Shown: positions 1 to 9,571 of the stretch, piece after piece
How the letters are laid out: every line of letters begins with the position of its first letter
Position numbering within the stretch: the first letter of the stretch is position 1
Assembly: GCA_036339465.1 (NCBI GenBank)
Contig: JAYZAY010000062.1
Location: 101,707 to 165,706 of the forward strand
Length of the DNA stretch: 64,000 nt
Direction: 5' to 3'
Origin: Myxococcota bacterium
Lineage (GTDB): Bacteria; Myxococcota; XYA12-FULL-58-9; JABJBS01
Translations under genes and position numbers: made by a program
Notes under the pieces: generated by a model
Seen by the model: only the letters and a program-made list of their open reading frames with translations
Databases searched by the model: none
What the model was told of the DNA's origin: nothing

Positions 1-1
1 G

Positions 2-2272
2 CAATATATTTCTCGTATTCGGGGCCTTCTTGAGGATCCTGAAGATGAGTACGAGGTTTTGTTGGAGATAGGTGACCATTTTGCCTCGAGATTTGGTGAT
101 TTGGCTAAAGCGAAACATTATTACTCGGAAGCGATAGCCTTAGTTTTGGAGAATTCGGATGCTCGGTGGAAAAGAACGCAATGCATGTTAGAGCAAGAAG
201 AATGGGGTGATGCGTGCAATGAGCTGGGGGAGTTACTCGAGACAGATTGGAACGATGCTTCTGCCTCTCAGAGGGAATTGTGGCGCCAAGAAAAGATTCG
301 TTGTCTAGAGAAGTTGGGGGAATATTCTGATGCTGTGACTGAGTTACGGCATGGTATTGCAGTTAATAATAATAACTTTTTCTACTGGGAAACTTTGGCT
401 CGCTGTCTTTATAAACTAGGGAATTACCAAGAGGCTTGTGACGCCTTGGAGGCTTTTTTGGAGAGGGGAGCAAGAGAGATCCCAAATACAGAAACATTGA
501 ATCTGTGTGTTACGATAGGAAGTCTCCATTTGGAGCAGGGAAGATCCCAGAACGCCCAAAGAATTCTGTGTAAGGCATATGAACTTGAATCTGAAGATTA
601 TCAGGTGATTAAGCTTTACGAAGAGGCTTGTAGGCAGGAATTAGAATGGGATGTTGTGGCGAAGTTGGCGATGATTCGGCTGGAGATGGCGAGTGGGGAG
701 GAAAGAAATGATGCTGCCCACAAGCTTATGGAGAGTTTTGAAAATAAAGGTGTTTCGTTCAATGAGATCTCCGTCCACTTGAATGATTTTGAAGAATCGG
801 GAGAGTGTGCAGAGTCCGTTTTTGTGAGACATGCGCGGTTGGCGAAGGAGGAAGCCCTGATCGAAGAAAGTGTCTTGATCCTCGACTCCGCTAGAAACTT
901 TCGAAATGATACCACGGTTCAATTTGGCGCGGAATTGGAACTCTCTCGATTGTTGCGAAACCAGTTTGGGAATGAAGTCGATGCTTTTTCGATCCTAGAG
1001 GAGGCACTGGTGAGTAGACCCAATAACCCTGCCATCTTAGACGAGTTTGAGAAATTTGTGGAAAAAACGGGGAGATGGGAATCCTTGGAGAGGATCTATG
1101 GTTTGGTCCTATCGACGAGTGAGCCGGAACAAGAAATCAATCGGATTGTTCGGCAGTCGCTTGCGGAATTGGAGGCACATGTCTTTGGCCGAATCGGTAA
1201 TGCGATTGAGCACTATGAGACATTGAATCGAGTCCAAGGGTTGGATGCGGTTGGGCGTAGTCGCTTATTTGAATTATATATGAACAAGGGCGTTGAGGCG
1301 GGTTCTGCATTGAAAGTGCATATTGAGGCACTCCCAAGCGGCGACCTACTTGACCAGAACCTACGTCAGTTAGCTATGGCTGCTCGGCAGGTGGGCGCGA
1401 GGAATGTGTTGTTTGATGCGTTGGATTCACTTCGTGCTTTGGGTGAAGCGACGAGCGAAGAGCTTGTGGAAGTAAAAGCCATGAGCAGTGCTTCGAGTGA
1501 AGGGGTGGGTTTAGTGGAGGCGCAATCGCGGCAGATACTGCCAGTGCATTTGGAGCGGGTGAGCCATGTTTTACGGCAACTCTATTTAACGGGGGGGGGG
1601 ATGTTTTGGGACCGAGGTCTTTCAGTCGGAAATGTTTTTGGTGAAGTTGTTCGGATACGTCGTGGCCCGCTTTACTCAGTCCTCAAGGATCTCGTGAAGG
1701 GAACTTCATTTGAAGGGACCCAACTTTGGATGAAGAGGGGAGGGATGGATGCGCCCACGGTACTTATGAATGAGGAGCAGGTGGTTTTGATTGGTTCGGA
1801 GCATCCTTTTAACCAAGGAGCAGAAATTGAAGCACTTAGGTTCGGTTTATCAAGAGAACTGATGTATTTGCGTCCAGATTCGATTTTGTTGAAGAAATTC
1901 AGTTCTCAGAGCCTCTTAGGTATTCTGACGGCATTGTGGGTTGCGCTTGGCGGTTCTGAGGAAGCTGATGCTTGGCCCAGGGAATCCTTGGAGTCTTGGG
2001 TGGTCGCATTTCGAAAGCTTGGGGCCGAGGAGCGTGAGAAGCTCCGGGGAAGCCTCGAAAGTGTGCGCTTGGTCTTAGAATACCCGGATCGATTGAGTGA
2101 GTATGCCGATTGGCTCGAAAAGGCGGCGGGACGTGCGGCTTATCTTTGTTGTGGTTCGAGGGGGGCTGCGACCCATTCCATTGAGATGGGTATGGAAACC
2201 ACCAATGGATTGCCTATCCACACCCTCAAACGTGATTTGGTTCTATATTCGATGCTCCCCGACCATAAGTAG
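2..2272 (+). CDS. C-terminal part of a large TPR-repeat protein (myxobacterial giant TPR type, possibly GltI/AgmK-like); 5'-truncated by the window edge
   Basis: The frame is open from base 2 (QYISRIRGLLEDPEDEYEVLL...) into the 59..2272 ORF. Many TPR-like helical repeats. The C-terminal LRFGLSRELMYLRP...AAGRAAYLCCG segment is typical of myxobacterial giant TPR proteins. Confidence 0.7.
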   Translation, partial: QYISRIRGLLEDPEDEYEVLLEIGDHFASRFGDLAKAKHYYSEAIALVLENSDARWKRTQCMLEQEEWGDACNELGELLETDWNDASASQRELWRQEKIRCLEKLGEYSDAVTELRHGIAVNNNNFFYWETLARCLYKLGNYQEACDALEAFLERGAREIPNTETLNLCVTIGSLHLEQGRSQNAQRILCKAYELESEDYQVIKLYEEACRQELEWDVVAKLAMIRLEMASGEERNDAAHKLMESFENKGVSFNEISVHLNDFEESGECAESVFVRHARLAKEEALIEESVLILDSARNFRNDTTVQFGAELELSRLLRNQFGNEVDAFSILEEALVSRPNNPAILDEFEKFVEKTGRWESLERIYGLVLSTSEPEQEINRIVRQSLAELEAHVFGRIGNAIEHYETLNRVQGLDAVGRSRLFELYMNKGVEAGSALKVHIEALPSGDLLDQNLRQLAMAARQVGARNVLFDALDSLRALGEATSEELVEVKAMSSASSEGVGLVEAQSRQILPVHLERVSHVLRQLYLTGGGMFWDRGLSVGNVFGEVVRIRRGPLYSVLKDLVKGTSFEGTQLWMKRGGMDAPTVLMNEEQVVLIGSEHPFNQGAEIEALRFGLSRELMYLRPDSILLKKFSSQSLLGILTALWVALGGSEEADAWPRESLESWVVAFRKLGAEEREKLRGSLESVRLVLEYPDRLSEYADWLEKAAGRAAYLCCGSRGAATHSIEMGMETTNGLPIHTLKRDLVLYSMLPDHK
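1591..1600 (+). repeat. G10 homopolymer inside the TPR gene (in frame, TGGGM)
   Basis: Ten consecutive G seen directly. Confidence 0.9.
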
Positions 2273-2339
2273 AAAATTTTTGATTCCTGTTCCACTTCTA
2301 ATGTGCCCATAGAATCGACTATCACTATGTTTTTCGGGT

Positions 2340-3662
2340 ATGCTCTCTATGCATATGGAAATCCAATGCCCTAAATGCCAGACTCTCTTTTTACTTGATG
2401 GCGACGTGGTCAATCAGCTACCCGTAGAGTTGCGTTGTAAGCATTGCTCGGCCCTGCTGGGGGTTGACCCAAAAGGCCTGGTTGCTCTTAGAGATGACCT
2501 TGGCTCAGCCCGTTACTCGCTGCCGCGGGAAGAGTGGTGGTTATGGGTGGAGGGTGAGCGAGAAGGCCCTTATTCGCTGGAGGATTTAAAAGGGCAGGTA
2601 GGACGGGGACCATCCGGAAGCGATATCCTGGTTTTTGGTCCAGGTTTTGAGGAATGGAAGGTTTGTTTAGAGGTGCCTGAACTTTCGTCGTTGTTTAAGG
2701 GGGACGACAATGCTCGGGATTCGATTTTATCGAAAGAAAATGGCAAGCTTGAGGGTTTCATGCAGGCCAAGGAAATTACTGGTGATTTATGCGAGCCGGT
2801 ATTGGGATTCAGTCCTCGGGCAGGAGAGGTATTGAAACGAAGTCGGTCGGTCGTGGGTGAAGCAAATTCTTCCCAAGAGCCGGTTTTCGAGTCAATGAAA
2901 TTTTTTGATTACGGTCAGATGGAATTGCCGGCACCATCCGAAGAAGAAGTATTGCGTCCCCGTGGAGAAACAGGTGGCTTGGTGATTGGGGTGGCTCTTC
3001 TTTTCGTCGTTGTAGGGGGATTGTTTTTGTGGGGACTTCAATTGGAGGAGGAAAAGGTCAGTGAATTTGGTCCGAGGAAATCGGATCAGACTTCTCAGAC
3101 GCTGGATAATTTGGTGGTTCCGAATTGGAAACTGCGAGAATTTGCAAAGCCTCAAATCGAACCTCCAAAATCGAGTGAAGAGTTCTCCGGAGATGCTGGG
3201 AGTTTGCGAGGACGTACTGATGCGTCCGACGAGGTCGGTCTGAGGAGACCAAAGGTAAGACACAAGAAAAGGATTTCTAAACGAACACAAAAAAAAGACG
3301 ATATTTTGTCGGCAGGTGCGAAATCTGGGGATATTTTCTCGGTGGTGGAACGGCTCAAAACGAGGTTGACCTCAGGAGAGATCCAAGCAGAATTTCGTAT
3401 GAAACGGGACGACTTACGTCCTTGTATTGCATCGGCGATTGCGAACGAGGAAGTGACTCCCGGGAGACATACAATCTATATTTCGGCGCGTATCAAACCT
3501 TCGGGTGAGGTTGCAGATACGAAAATGATTGAACCCTATTACTTATTGTCTACGTCTTTACCTGAGTGTTTGGCAAATACGATGCGTCGTTTGAAATTTG
3601 AACCATCATTGCGGGGCGGTGTGGTGGAACGGTTAATGATCCCATTTCGTTATCGGCCGTGA
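2340..3662 (+). CDS. Zinc-ribbon / GYF_2 / TM / AgmX-PglI C-terminal domain protein (GltJ/AgmX-like architecture)
   Basis: N-terminal CPKC...CKHC zinc ribbon; WWLWVEGEREGPYSLEDL GYF_2-like motif; one TM helix (LVIGVALLFVVVGGLFLWGL); C-terminal TonB_C-like domain (LRPC...IKPSGEV...ECLANTMRRLKF). Confidence 0.75.
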   Translation: MLSMHMEIQCPKCQTLFLLDGDVVNQLPVELRCKHCSALLGVDPKGLVALRDDLGSARYSLPREEWWLWVEGEREGPYSLEDLKGQVGRGPSGSDILVFGPGFEEWKVCLEVPELSSLFKGDDNARDSILSKENGKLEGFMQAKEITGDLCEPVLGFSPRAGEVLKRSRSVVGEANSSQEPVFESMKFFDYGQMELPAPSEEEVLRPRGETGGLVIGVALLFVVVGGLFLWGLQLEEEKVSEFGPRKSDQTSQTLDNLVVPNWKLREFAKPQIEPPKSSEEFSGDAGSLRGRTDASDEVGLRRPKVRHKKRISKRTQKKDDILSAGAKSGDIFSVVERLKTRLTSGEIQAEFRMKRDDLRPCIASAIANEEVTPGRHTIYISARIKPSGEVADTKMIEPYYLLSTSLPECLANTMRRLKFEPSLRGGVVERLMIPFRYRP

Positions 3663-3679
3663 GTAGTGTGAGAGAATGA

Positions 3680-4639
3680 ATGGCTCGTTGTGTCGTCAAT
3701 ATGTCTAAAGTTATGAAAAGATTTACTTGCACACTTTTCCTTATGGTTTGTGGATTAGGGGGGGGGAGTTGCGCCAGCTCTGATACCATCGCAAACCTGT
3801 CTCCAGAACCTCGTTCCGCAGATTTCCCGTTTTGGTTGGCTCGGGATATTCAGGGTGGGGATTGGTGTGGTTTGGGGGCGGCGGGACCTGGTTATGTGGG
3901 CTCTCCTTATCCAAAGGCAAAGGCGAAACAACGGGCGATTCATGATCTGGCGGGTGCCATTGAGACGGCCGTGTCCGAGGCTATGGTGGCAGTGCAGAGA
4001 GATCAAAGGACGATGATCGATTCTGCATCTCATTTGGAGGTAGCAGAGGAATTACTGCGGCGCGTGAGTCAGGAAGCGCAGGTAGATTATTGGTTTGATG
4101 GTTCTGGCTGGGGACCCTTCAGAAGTGAGGATTTTGTTTACGCAAGGGCATGTTTGCCCGTCGGTCACCCGCTTCTTCGGAAACTCAGCTCAGAATTTAA
4201 TAGCGAAGCACAGCAACGATTGCGGGGGATCCCCACGCCGGAAAAACAACCTCCATGGGTAGACGAAAGTGATCCGAGGAATCTTAAAGCTTTCAAATGT
4301 GCGGTGGGGTTTTCGCAGCCAACTTTTTTTCCTGACGCAAGTTTGGTGAACGTGATTGAGGATGTTCGGCGCCAGTTAAGCCTAGGACTGGAAACACTGG
4401 TTTCTGAATATCAAGAGGAGCATCTAGCGGGGGCGTTCACTTCCCATGAAGTGATTACAGTGGCAACGAGTGAGGCGGTCTCGCGGGGAGCTCGTATTCT
4501 ACAGTACTGGTTTGATCTTGATGGGATCGGCCCTCAAGGAACCAAGCGATCTACCTATGGATATGGATGTGTGCATACTTCTCGATTGCTGAAAAGTGTT
4601 ACGGATATCTTGGGCTCGAAGAACCAGGGGGAAAACTAA
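3680..4639 (+). CDS. LPP20-like lipoprotein with two internally repeated domains (true start may be 3701 or 3713)
   Basis: Signal peptide ending GGSC; AKQRAIHDLA LPP20-like helix; duplicated YWFDxxGxGP...Y..xC motif. Confidence 0.6.
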   Translation: MARCVVNMSKVMKRFTCTLFLMVCGLGGGSCASSDTIANLSPEPRSADFPFWLARDIQGGDWCGLGAAGPGYVGSPYPKAKAKQRAIHDLAGAIETAVSEAMVAVQRDQRTMIDSASHLEVAEELLRRVSQEAQVDYWFDGSGWGPFRSEDFVYARACLPVGHPLLRKLSSEFNSEAQQRLRGIPTPEKQPPWVDESDPRNLKAFKCAVGFSQPTFFPDASLVNVIEDVRRQLSLGLETLVSEYQEEHLAGAFTSHEVITVATSEAVSRGARILQYWFDLDGIGPQGTKRSTYGYGCVHTSRLLKSVTDILGSKNQGEN

Positions 4640-5514
4640 GTTACGGGAATGTATTTTTTCAGGAGAGGAGCCAGATCGCGCTTGATGCTCTTGGGGATCA
4701 ATGCGGGATCGGTCATGATGGCATGCTCAAGGGCCGAGTCGGCCGGGGATTTAATATCCGGTCTGTTGCTCAGTTGGCGTAATTTCGGAATCGCTTTAAG
4801 TATCGCCCGCTGAACGTTCTCTGTGTTTTGTTTAAGGATTGTCACCACGGATTCAACGCTGACGTTTTCTTCTTCTTCGTGCCAACAATCATAGTCGGTG
4901 GATAGGGCTAAGGTGGCATATCGAAGCTCAGCTTCTCTCGCCAGTTTTGCCTCAGGGAGTGCCGTCATGCCAATCACATCCACTCCCCAAGAACGGTACA
5001 TATTGGATTCTGCACGGGATGAGAATGCGGGGCCTTCCATGCAAATATAAGTTCCGCCATGATGAACGGGAATATCACATTCTTTAACAGAGGTATGGAG
5101 AACATCGCTTAGGATAGGGCAGACTGGATCAGCCATGGACACGTGACCGACAATGCCATTCCCAAAAAAGGACTGGCGTCGACCTGAGGTTCGGTCGATA
5201 TATTGCGCGGGGATAACAATGTGTCCTGGGGGGATCTCTTGTTTCATCGACCCGACGGCCGAGGCGCTGATAACCCAACGGACTCCCAGTGTTTTCAATG
5301 CGAAAATATTAGCGTGGTAGGGGACTTCACTCGGAAGTAGTGTGTGTCCTCTTCCATGTCGAGGAATAAACACGACTTCGACGCCATCCAAGGTACCGGC
5401 GATGAGCTTATCAGAGGTTGCTCCGAAGGGCGTTTCGATCTGAATTTCCCGTACTGATTGCAGTTCTTCAAGATTGTAGAGTCCGCTTCCGCCTATGATT
5501 CCTATAGTCGTCAT
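4636..5514 (-). CDS. mtnP: S-methyl-5'-thioadenosine phosphorylase
   Basis: IGIIGGSGLY, PRHGRGH, EGPAFSSRAES, GMTALPEAKLAREA and TDYDCW motifs of the MTAP/PNP family. Confidence 0.93.
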   Translation of the reverse strand: MTTIGIIGGSGLYNLEELQSVREIQIETPFGATSDKLIAGTLDGVEVVFIPRHGRGHTLLPSEVPYHANIFALKTLGVRWVISASAVGSMKQEIPPGHIVIPAQYIDRTSGRRQSFFGNGIVGHVSMADPVCPILSDVLHTSVKECDIPVHHGGTYICMEGPAFSSRAESNMYRSWGVDVIGMTALPEAKLAREAELRYATLALSTDYDCWHEEEENVSVESVVTILKQNTENVQRAILKAIPKLRQLSNRPDIKSPADSALEHAIMTDPALIPKSIKRDLAPLLKKYIPVT

Positions 5515-5540
5515 TTTATCCTCTCAGTTTTTGTGATGTT

Positions 5541-6899
5541 TTATAGCATGAGGCGAATGTTCAAACCTAAGGACCAGAAAAAATAATCTTGGCTTCGGAA
5601 GCGAAATCCAATTTGGTCGTAGGACTGTTGTGTACTGTTCTGATCACAAAGGTCATTTCCGTCATTCCCACAATAATAGGGATTAAGGAGATCGTTATCT
5701 TCGCTACGAACCTTATTGTCACCATTTTTGTCCTCGCCCACGTTCTCATTGGTTAGGAAGTAGGGGCTTCGAGTTCCTAGAGAGAAATCGAGTTCTATCC
5801 GAACAAATTTATTGGGTTGGGCGAGAGCATGAAAAACACCTCCAAATTCAAAGAATTGGTCAGTGAAGGTCAATTCATTTAAAGGTGCGGTTAACAAACT
5901 GTAGTTTCTGCCCTCTGAGTGGAAGTCAGCTTCGAAGCCGAAATCCAGTGAGTAGAGGTGGTTTTGGGCTAGGTCTTCGTGGAGGACAATTTCGAGCCCG
6001 CCCATGATCTGCGCTGTATGGGATGGGGGGGTTCCAAATGTGTTAGAGGGTTTGTAGAGGAGTGGTTCCTCTGCGAGGGAGCGATCGGGAACGGGAAGGG
6101 TATAGGAAATGAGGACGTATGGGTCTAGATATCCACGCCGTTGAATGTTCGGATCGATACCTATCATTCCTCGCTCGGCGACTCGTTTTGAGAATGCGGT
6201 GCCGAAGGTTAGGAAATGGACGCCGGTTCCGACTGGCTTACTCGATTTCACTTTGTCAGCCATGGGTTTGTAGACCGAGCTGGTGTATGGCATGGCCCAT
6301 TTGAAGAAGAGCAGCCAGCTGGGGTCCGTTTTAACTCGTTCATCATTGAGCGGTGCATAACGGAGTCCGAGTTTCATTTGCCCCACGCCGCCGAAGTCTG
6401 CGCTATAATTTTGAGCGAAAAGTGTTTTCGCCGGATTTCCCGTATCCTGTGGGTCGATACTGCTTTGTTTGGAAGTGATTCCTGCTGGGTAGCCAAACGT
6501 TAGGGTCCTATTGATGATGATGGGCAAATCGAGGGTGAGGGCGAGATCCCTAAACAGCCCTAATTGGGCTTGGAATTCCATCACCATCTCGCTTCGATGA
6601 AAGCTTAGTTCATCGCGGAAGTCGCATTTTCCAGGTGAGCTAGGGCTACACGGGTCGTCTTGTAAGATTCCATTGATTGGTTCGCGCCCAATGATTCCGC
6701 TCTCGGAGCGATAAACAAATTCCGTTCCGATATAAACATCGAATGGGTCTTCCTGGGCTTTTCCATTGATAGTCACTGAATCGACAGCGTCGGCGGTATC
6801 CGTCAGTCGCCCACCTTGAGCTGGAAGGCTCACGCCCACGAGCAAAATCGAAGTTAAAACACGAATGACTCCAGGTCTTGGGGGTTTTGGAAATGTCAC
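5541..6899 (-). CDS. Secreted, probable outer-membrane beta-barrel protein of unknown function
   Basis: Signal peptide, alternating amphipathic beta-strands, beta-rich C-terminus (FFWSLGLNIRLML), Cys pairs and a DKNGDNK Ca-binding-like loop. Confidence 0.6.
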   Translation of the reverse strand: MTFPKPPRPGVIRVLTSILLVGVSLPAQGGRLTDTADAVDSVTINGKAQEDPFDVYIGTEFVYRSESGIIGREPINGILQDDPCSPSSPGKCDFRDELSFHRSEMVMEFQAQLGLFRDLALTLDLPIIINRTLTFGYPAGITSKQSSIDPQDTGNPAKTLFAQNYSADFGGVGQMKLGLRYAPLNDERVKTDPSWLLFFKWAMPYTSSVYKPMADKVKSSKPVGTGVHFLTFGTAFSKRVAERGMIGIDPNIQRRGYLDPYVLISYTLPVPDRSLAEEPLLYKPSNTFGTPPSHTAQIMGGLEIVLHEDLAQNHLYSLDFGFEADFHSEGRNYSLLTAPLNELTFTDQFFEFGGVFHALAQPNKFVRIELDFSLGTRSPYFLTNENVGEDKNGDNKVRSEDNDLLNPYYCGNDGNDLCDQNSTQQSYDQIGFRFRSQDYFFWSLGLNIRLML

Positions 6900-7033
6900 C
6901 TCTTAGACTCCCTCTTTGTTGGCCTTGTAAAAAGGCAGCGTTGGTATAGCCATTCGAGGGCACTCTGTACAGCGGCAATTTTGGCTATTGTACTTGGTTA
7001 TTCAAGAGATTTTGAGAGGCGTGTGTTCTTTGC

Positions 7034-8455
7034 CTACGCTTTTGTCTCCGGTTCTCTTAGCCCAAACTCCTTCATTTTGTTCTGAAGTCCTTTTCGACTG
7101 ATCTGGAGGAGATTGGCGGCTCGAGTGACGTTGCCGTGTGTGGCTTCAAGGGCTCGGATAATGAGATCTCGTTCTATTTCAACGGTAGCTTGTCGAACGA
7201 TGTCGCGCATGGAGGTCTTGCCGGTTTCGAGATTATTTATATCGTGGGCTCCGACTTCCTTACGACTTTCCCGCTGAGTGGTGGATTTCGAGGCACTTTG
7301 TCGGAGGAATTCAGGAAGTTGGTCGATTCCGATGGTGGTGCCGTCTGTAAACAAAACGGTTCTTTCAATCACGTTTTCGAGTTCTCGAATATTTCCGGGC
7401 CAGTGATAGGCCGTCAATGTGGCCAGCGCTTCGGGGGTTATGGTTTCGATTTCTCGCTTGAGTCGCTCGTTGAATTTTTCAAGAAAGGCGGAGGCCAAAA
7501 GCGCAATATCGTCACGTCGGTTCTTGAGGGAGGGAAGCTTTATGGGGACAACGTTGAGTCGATAGTAGAGGTCTTCTCTGAAGGTGCCTTCGGCAATCTC
7601 CAGTTGGAGATGGCGGTTGGTGGAAGCAATAACCCTCACATTGACATTGATGGTTTTGAGCCCGCCTACGCGTTCGAATTCCGATTCCTGGAGAGCTCGG
7701 AGAAGCTTTACTTGCATGGAAGGGGGGATTTCCCCAATTTCATCGAGGAAAAGGGTTCCGCCGTGGGCGAGTTCAAATCGGCCTGGCTTGGAATTTACGG
7801 CTCCAGTAAATGCCCCCTGTTCATAACCAAAAAATTCACTTTCTAGGAGGTCTTTGGGAATCGCGGCGCAATTGACCTTGATGAAAGGCATGTTTCGTCG
7901 GCCACTATTTTGATGGAGGGCGGTGGCGATGAGTTCTTTTCCTGTACCGGATTCACCGGTAATGAGCACTGTGGACGGGCTATCGGCCACTTTTTCAATG
8001 GTGCGATAAATATCCATCATACTCTTGGAATTCCCAACAATTTGGTAGCGACCTTGGTGGTCGAGGATGGTCAGGGGGAGTCGAGTCGCGCCTCTCTTTT
8101 TGCCGGTGACTTTTCTTACAGCTCTTTTTAGTTCATCTTTATCGAATGGCTTTGTGATGTAATCGGATGCGCCGGCCTTTAAAGCACCTACTGCGGTGTC
8201 GACCGAGCCGTGGGCTGTGATGACGATGGTGGGCAAATCAGGATCTATTTCACGTGTGGCTCGGAGTAGCTCCATGCCGCCCATGCCCGGCATTTTCAGG
8301 TCTGTAATGAGTACATCTGGTATGTTCTTTTTTAGAGATTCTAGTGCTTTGAAGCCATCTTCTACCGCGGTGGCTTGGTGTCCATCCTGCTTGAGAAGGG
8401 CGACCAATACCTTTCTCAAATTCGCTTCATCATCCGCAATTAATACTTCAGCCAT
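7034..8455 (-). CDS. Sigma54-dependent response regulator (NtrC/AtoC family: REC-AAA+-Fis HTH)
   Basis: ADDE...TDLKMP receiver, GESGTGKE Walker A, GAFTGA, LFLDEIGE, WPGNIRELEN, C-terminal HTH. Confidence 0.95.
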   Translation of the reverse strand: MAEVLIADDEANLRKVLVALLKQDGHQATAVEDGFKALESLKKNIPDVLITDLKMPGMGGMELLRATREIDPDLPTIVITAHGSVDTAVGALKAGASDYITKPFDKDELKRAVRKVTGKKRGATRLPLTILDHQGRYQIVGNSKSMMDIYRTIEKVADSPSTVLITGESGTGKELIATALHQNSGRRNMPFIKVNCAAIPKDLLESEFFGYEQGAFTGAVNSKPGRFELAHGGTLFLDEIGEIPPSMQVKLLRALQESEFERVGGLKTINVNVRVIASTNRHLQLEIAEGTFREDLYYRLNVVPIKLPSLKNRRDDIALLASAFLEKFNERLKREIETITPEALATLTAYHWPGNIRELENVIERTVLFTDGTTIGIDQLPEFLRQSASKSTTQRESRKEVGAHDINNLETGKTSMRDIVRQATVEIERDLIIRALEATHGNVTRAANLLQISRKGLQNKMKEFGLREPETKA

Positions 8456-8987
8456 GGGAATACTCTCGCCTTGCGATTTAGGGACGAATGTGTCAGAGCC
8501 ACCGAATACTCACTCTCTGTCCATTAGGCAAATTCAATCTACCGGTTCCGATTTTTACAGGCATTAGAATCGGAATGCTAACGTTTAGCCCATGGGCAGG
8601 AGCAAATGTTACTCGGTCATCCGCAAGATAAAGACGACAGTGTTGGTTGTTTCCGGATAAATTGAATTAATTATTTCTGTCAAAGGCGAAGACGTCGTTG
8701 TTTCTGAAAATGAGTTGCCTCTGATTTATCATTTGCAGGTGGTCGATTGCGATAATCCTCCGGATGAGGTTCCCAATCCATGTTGATTGGGATTTCGAGG
8801 ATATGGATGAATTCAGTGACGACGAAGGGATTGACGTTGAATTTGAACCCGATTTGTTGGATGAGGTGGGTATTTCGAAGATTTTTTCTTTTGTTTTCGA
8901 TTGGTTGCATATTTGAGTCCTGCCGAAGGTGGATACACTCGGTCTTTTAGTTGGACTTTTGTAGGAGGGCGTGAGCTAAATTGAGGG

Positions 8988-9545
8988 GTGATTAATCCAT
9001 GTCCTCTCGTCTTTTTATTCCTTTTGTTCGGGGTGGTCGTGGGTTTGTTTTCCTGTAGTCCTGAGCTTAGTAGTCTCCCCCTCAAGAACAGAATCAGCGT
9101 TGAAAGTCTGACTCCGAAGGGTCTGACCAAGAAGCATTCTACTATCGAGTTGCTGGTAAAAGGGGCTCAGGGTACCGAGGCGAAAGGGCAATCTGGGGCC
9201 AAAGTGACGGTTCGAGCGTCGGGCGCAGTCCGTGAGTGGATTTATGGCTTGGAATTACAGTTTGCGTTGGAAACTACCTCAGGTAAAAAGATTCGCGGGT
9301 TTAAGAGGCAAACCAGTAGATGTTTGGTTCGTTACCTTTTAGGAGGGAAACCTACGGTAATCGAATACGATGTTGTTCCATCATCCATGGAGGTGGCAGG
9401 CACGGTGGGGGGAGATTTCTCTTTTCGTGGCCTCTGCCTGAAAAAGGCGAGGAGACAGGGCGATAATCCAAAAAAGGGCCTGTGGCTACCGAATAAACTT
9501 CAGGTATTAGGCGACGTTACTGTACAGTGGCGTCGCGATTCCTAG
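8988..9545 (+). CDS. Hypothetical lipoprotein
   Basis: Hydrophobic signal peptide with LFSC lipobox; GAGGGG just upstream of the GTG start; beta-rich mature part. Confidence 0.55.
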   Translation: MINPCPLVFLFLLFGVVVGLFSCSPELSSLPLKNRISVESLTPKGLTKKHSTIELLVKGAQGTEAKGQSGAKVTVRASGAVREWIYGLELQFALETTSGKKIRGFKRQTSRCLVRYLLGGKPTVIEYDVVPSSMEVAGTVGGDFSFRGLCLKKARRQGDNPKKGLWLPNKLQVLGDVTVQWRRDS

Positions 9546-9571
9546 GGGGGCTTGGTTATTCGGCCCCATAC

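Noticed and set aside
7136..7846. 236-aa plus-strand ORF and the many similar short ORFs overlapping assigned genes
   Set aside because: Antisense or alternate-frame shadows of well-supported genes.
8680..8910. 76-aa minus-strand ORF upstream of the NtrC-like gene
   Set aside because: No recognisable motif or clear RBS; cannot be supported, though not excluded.
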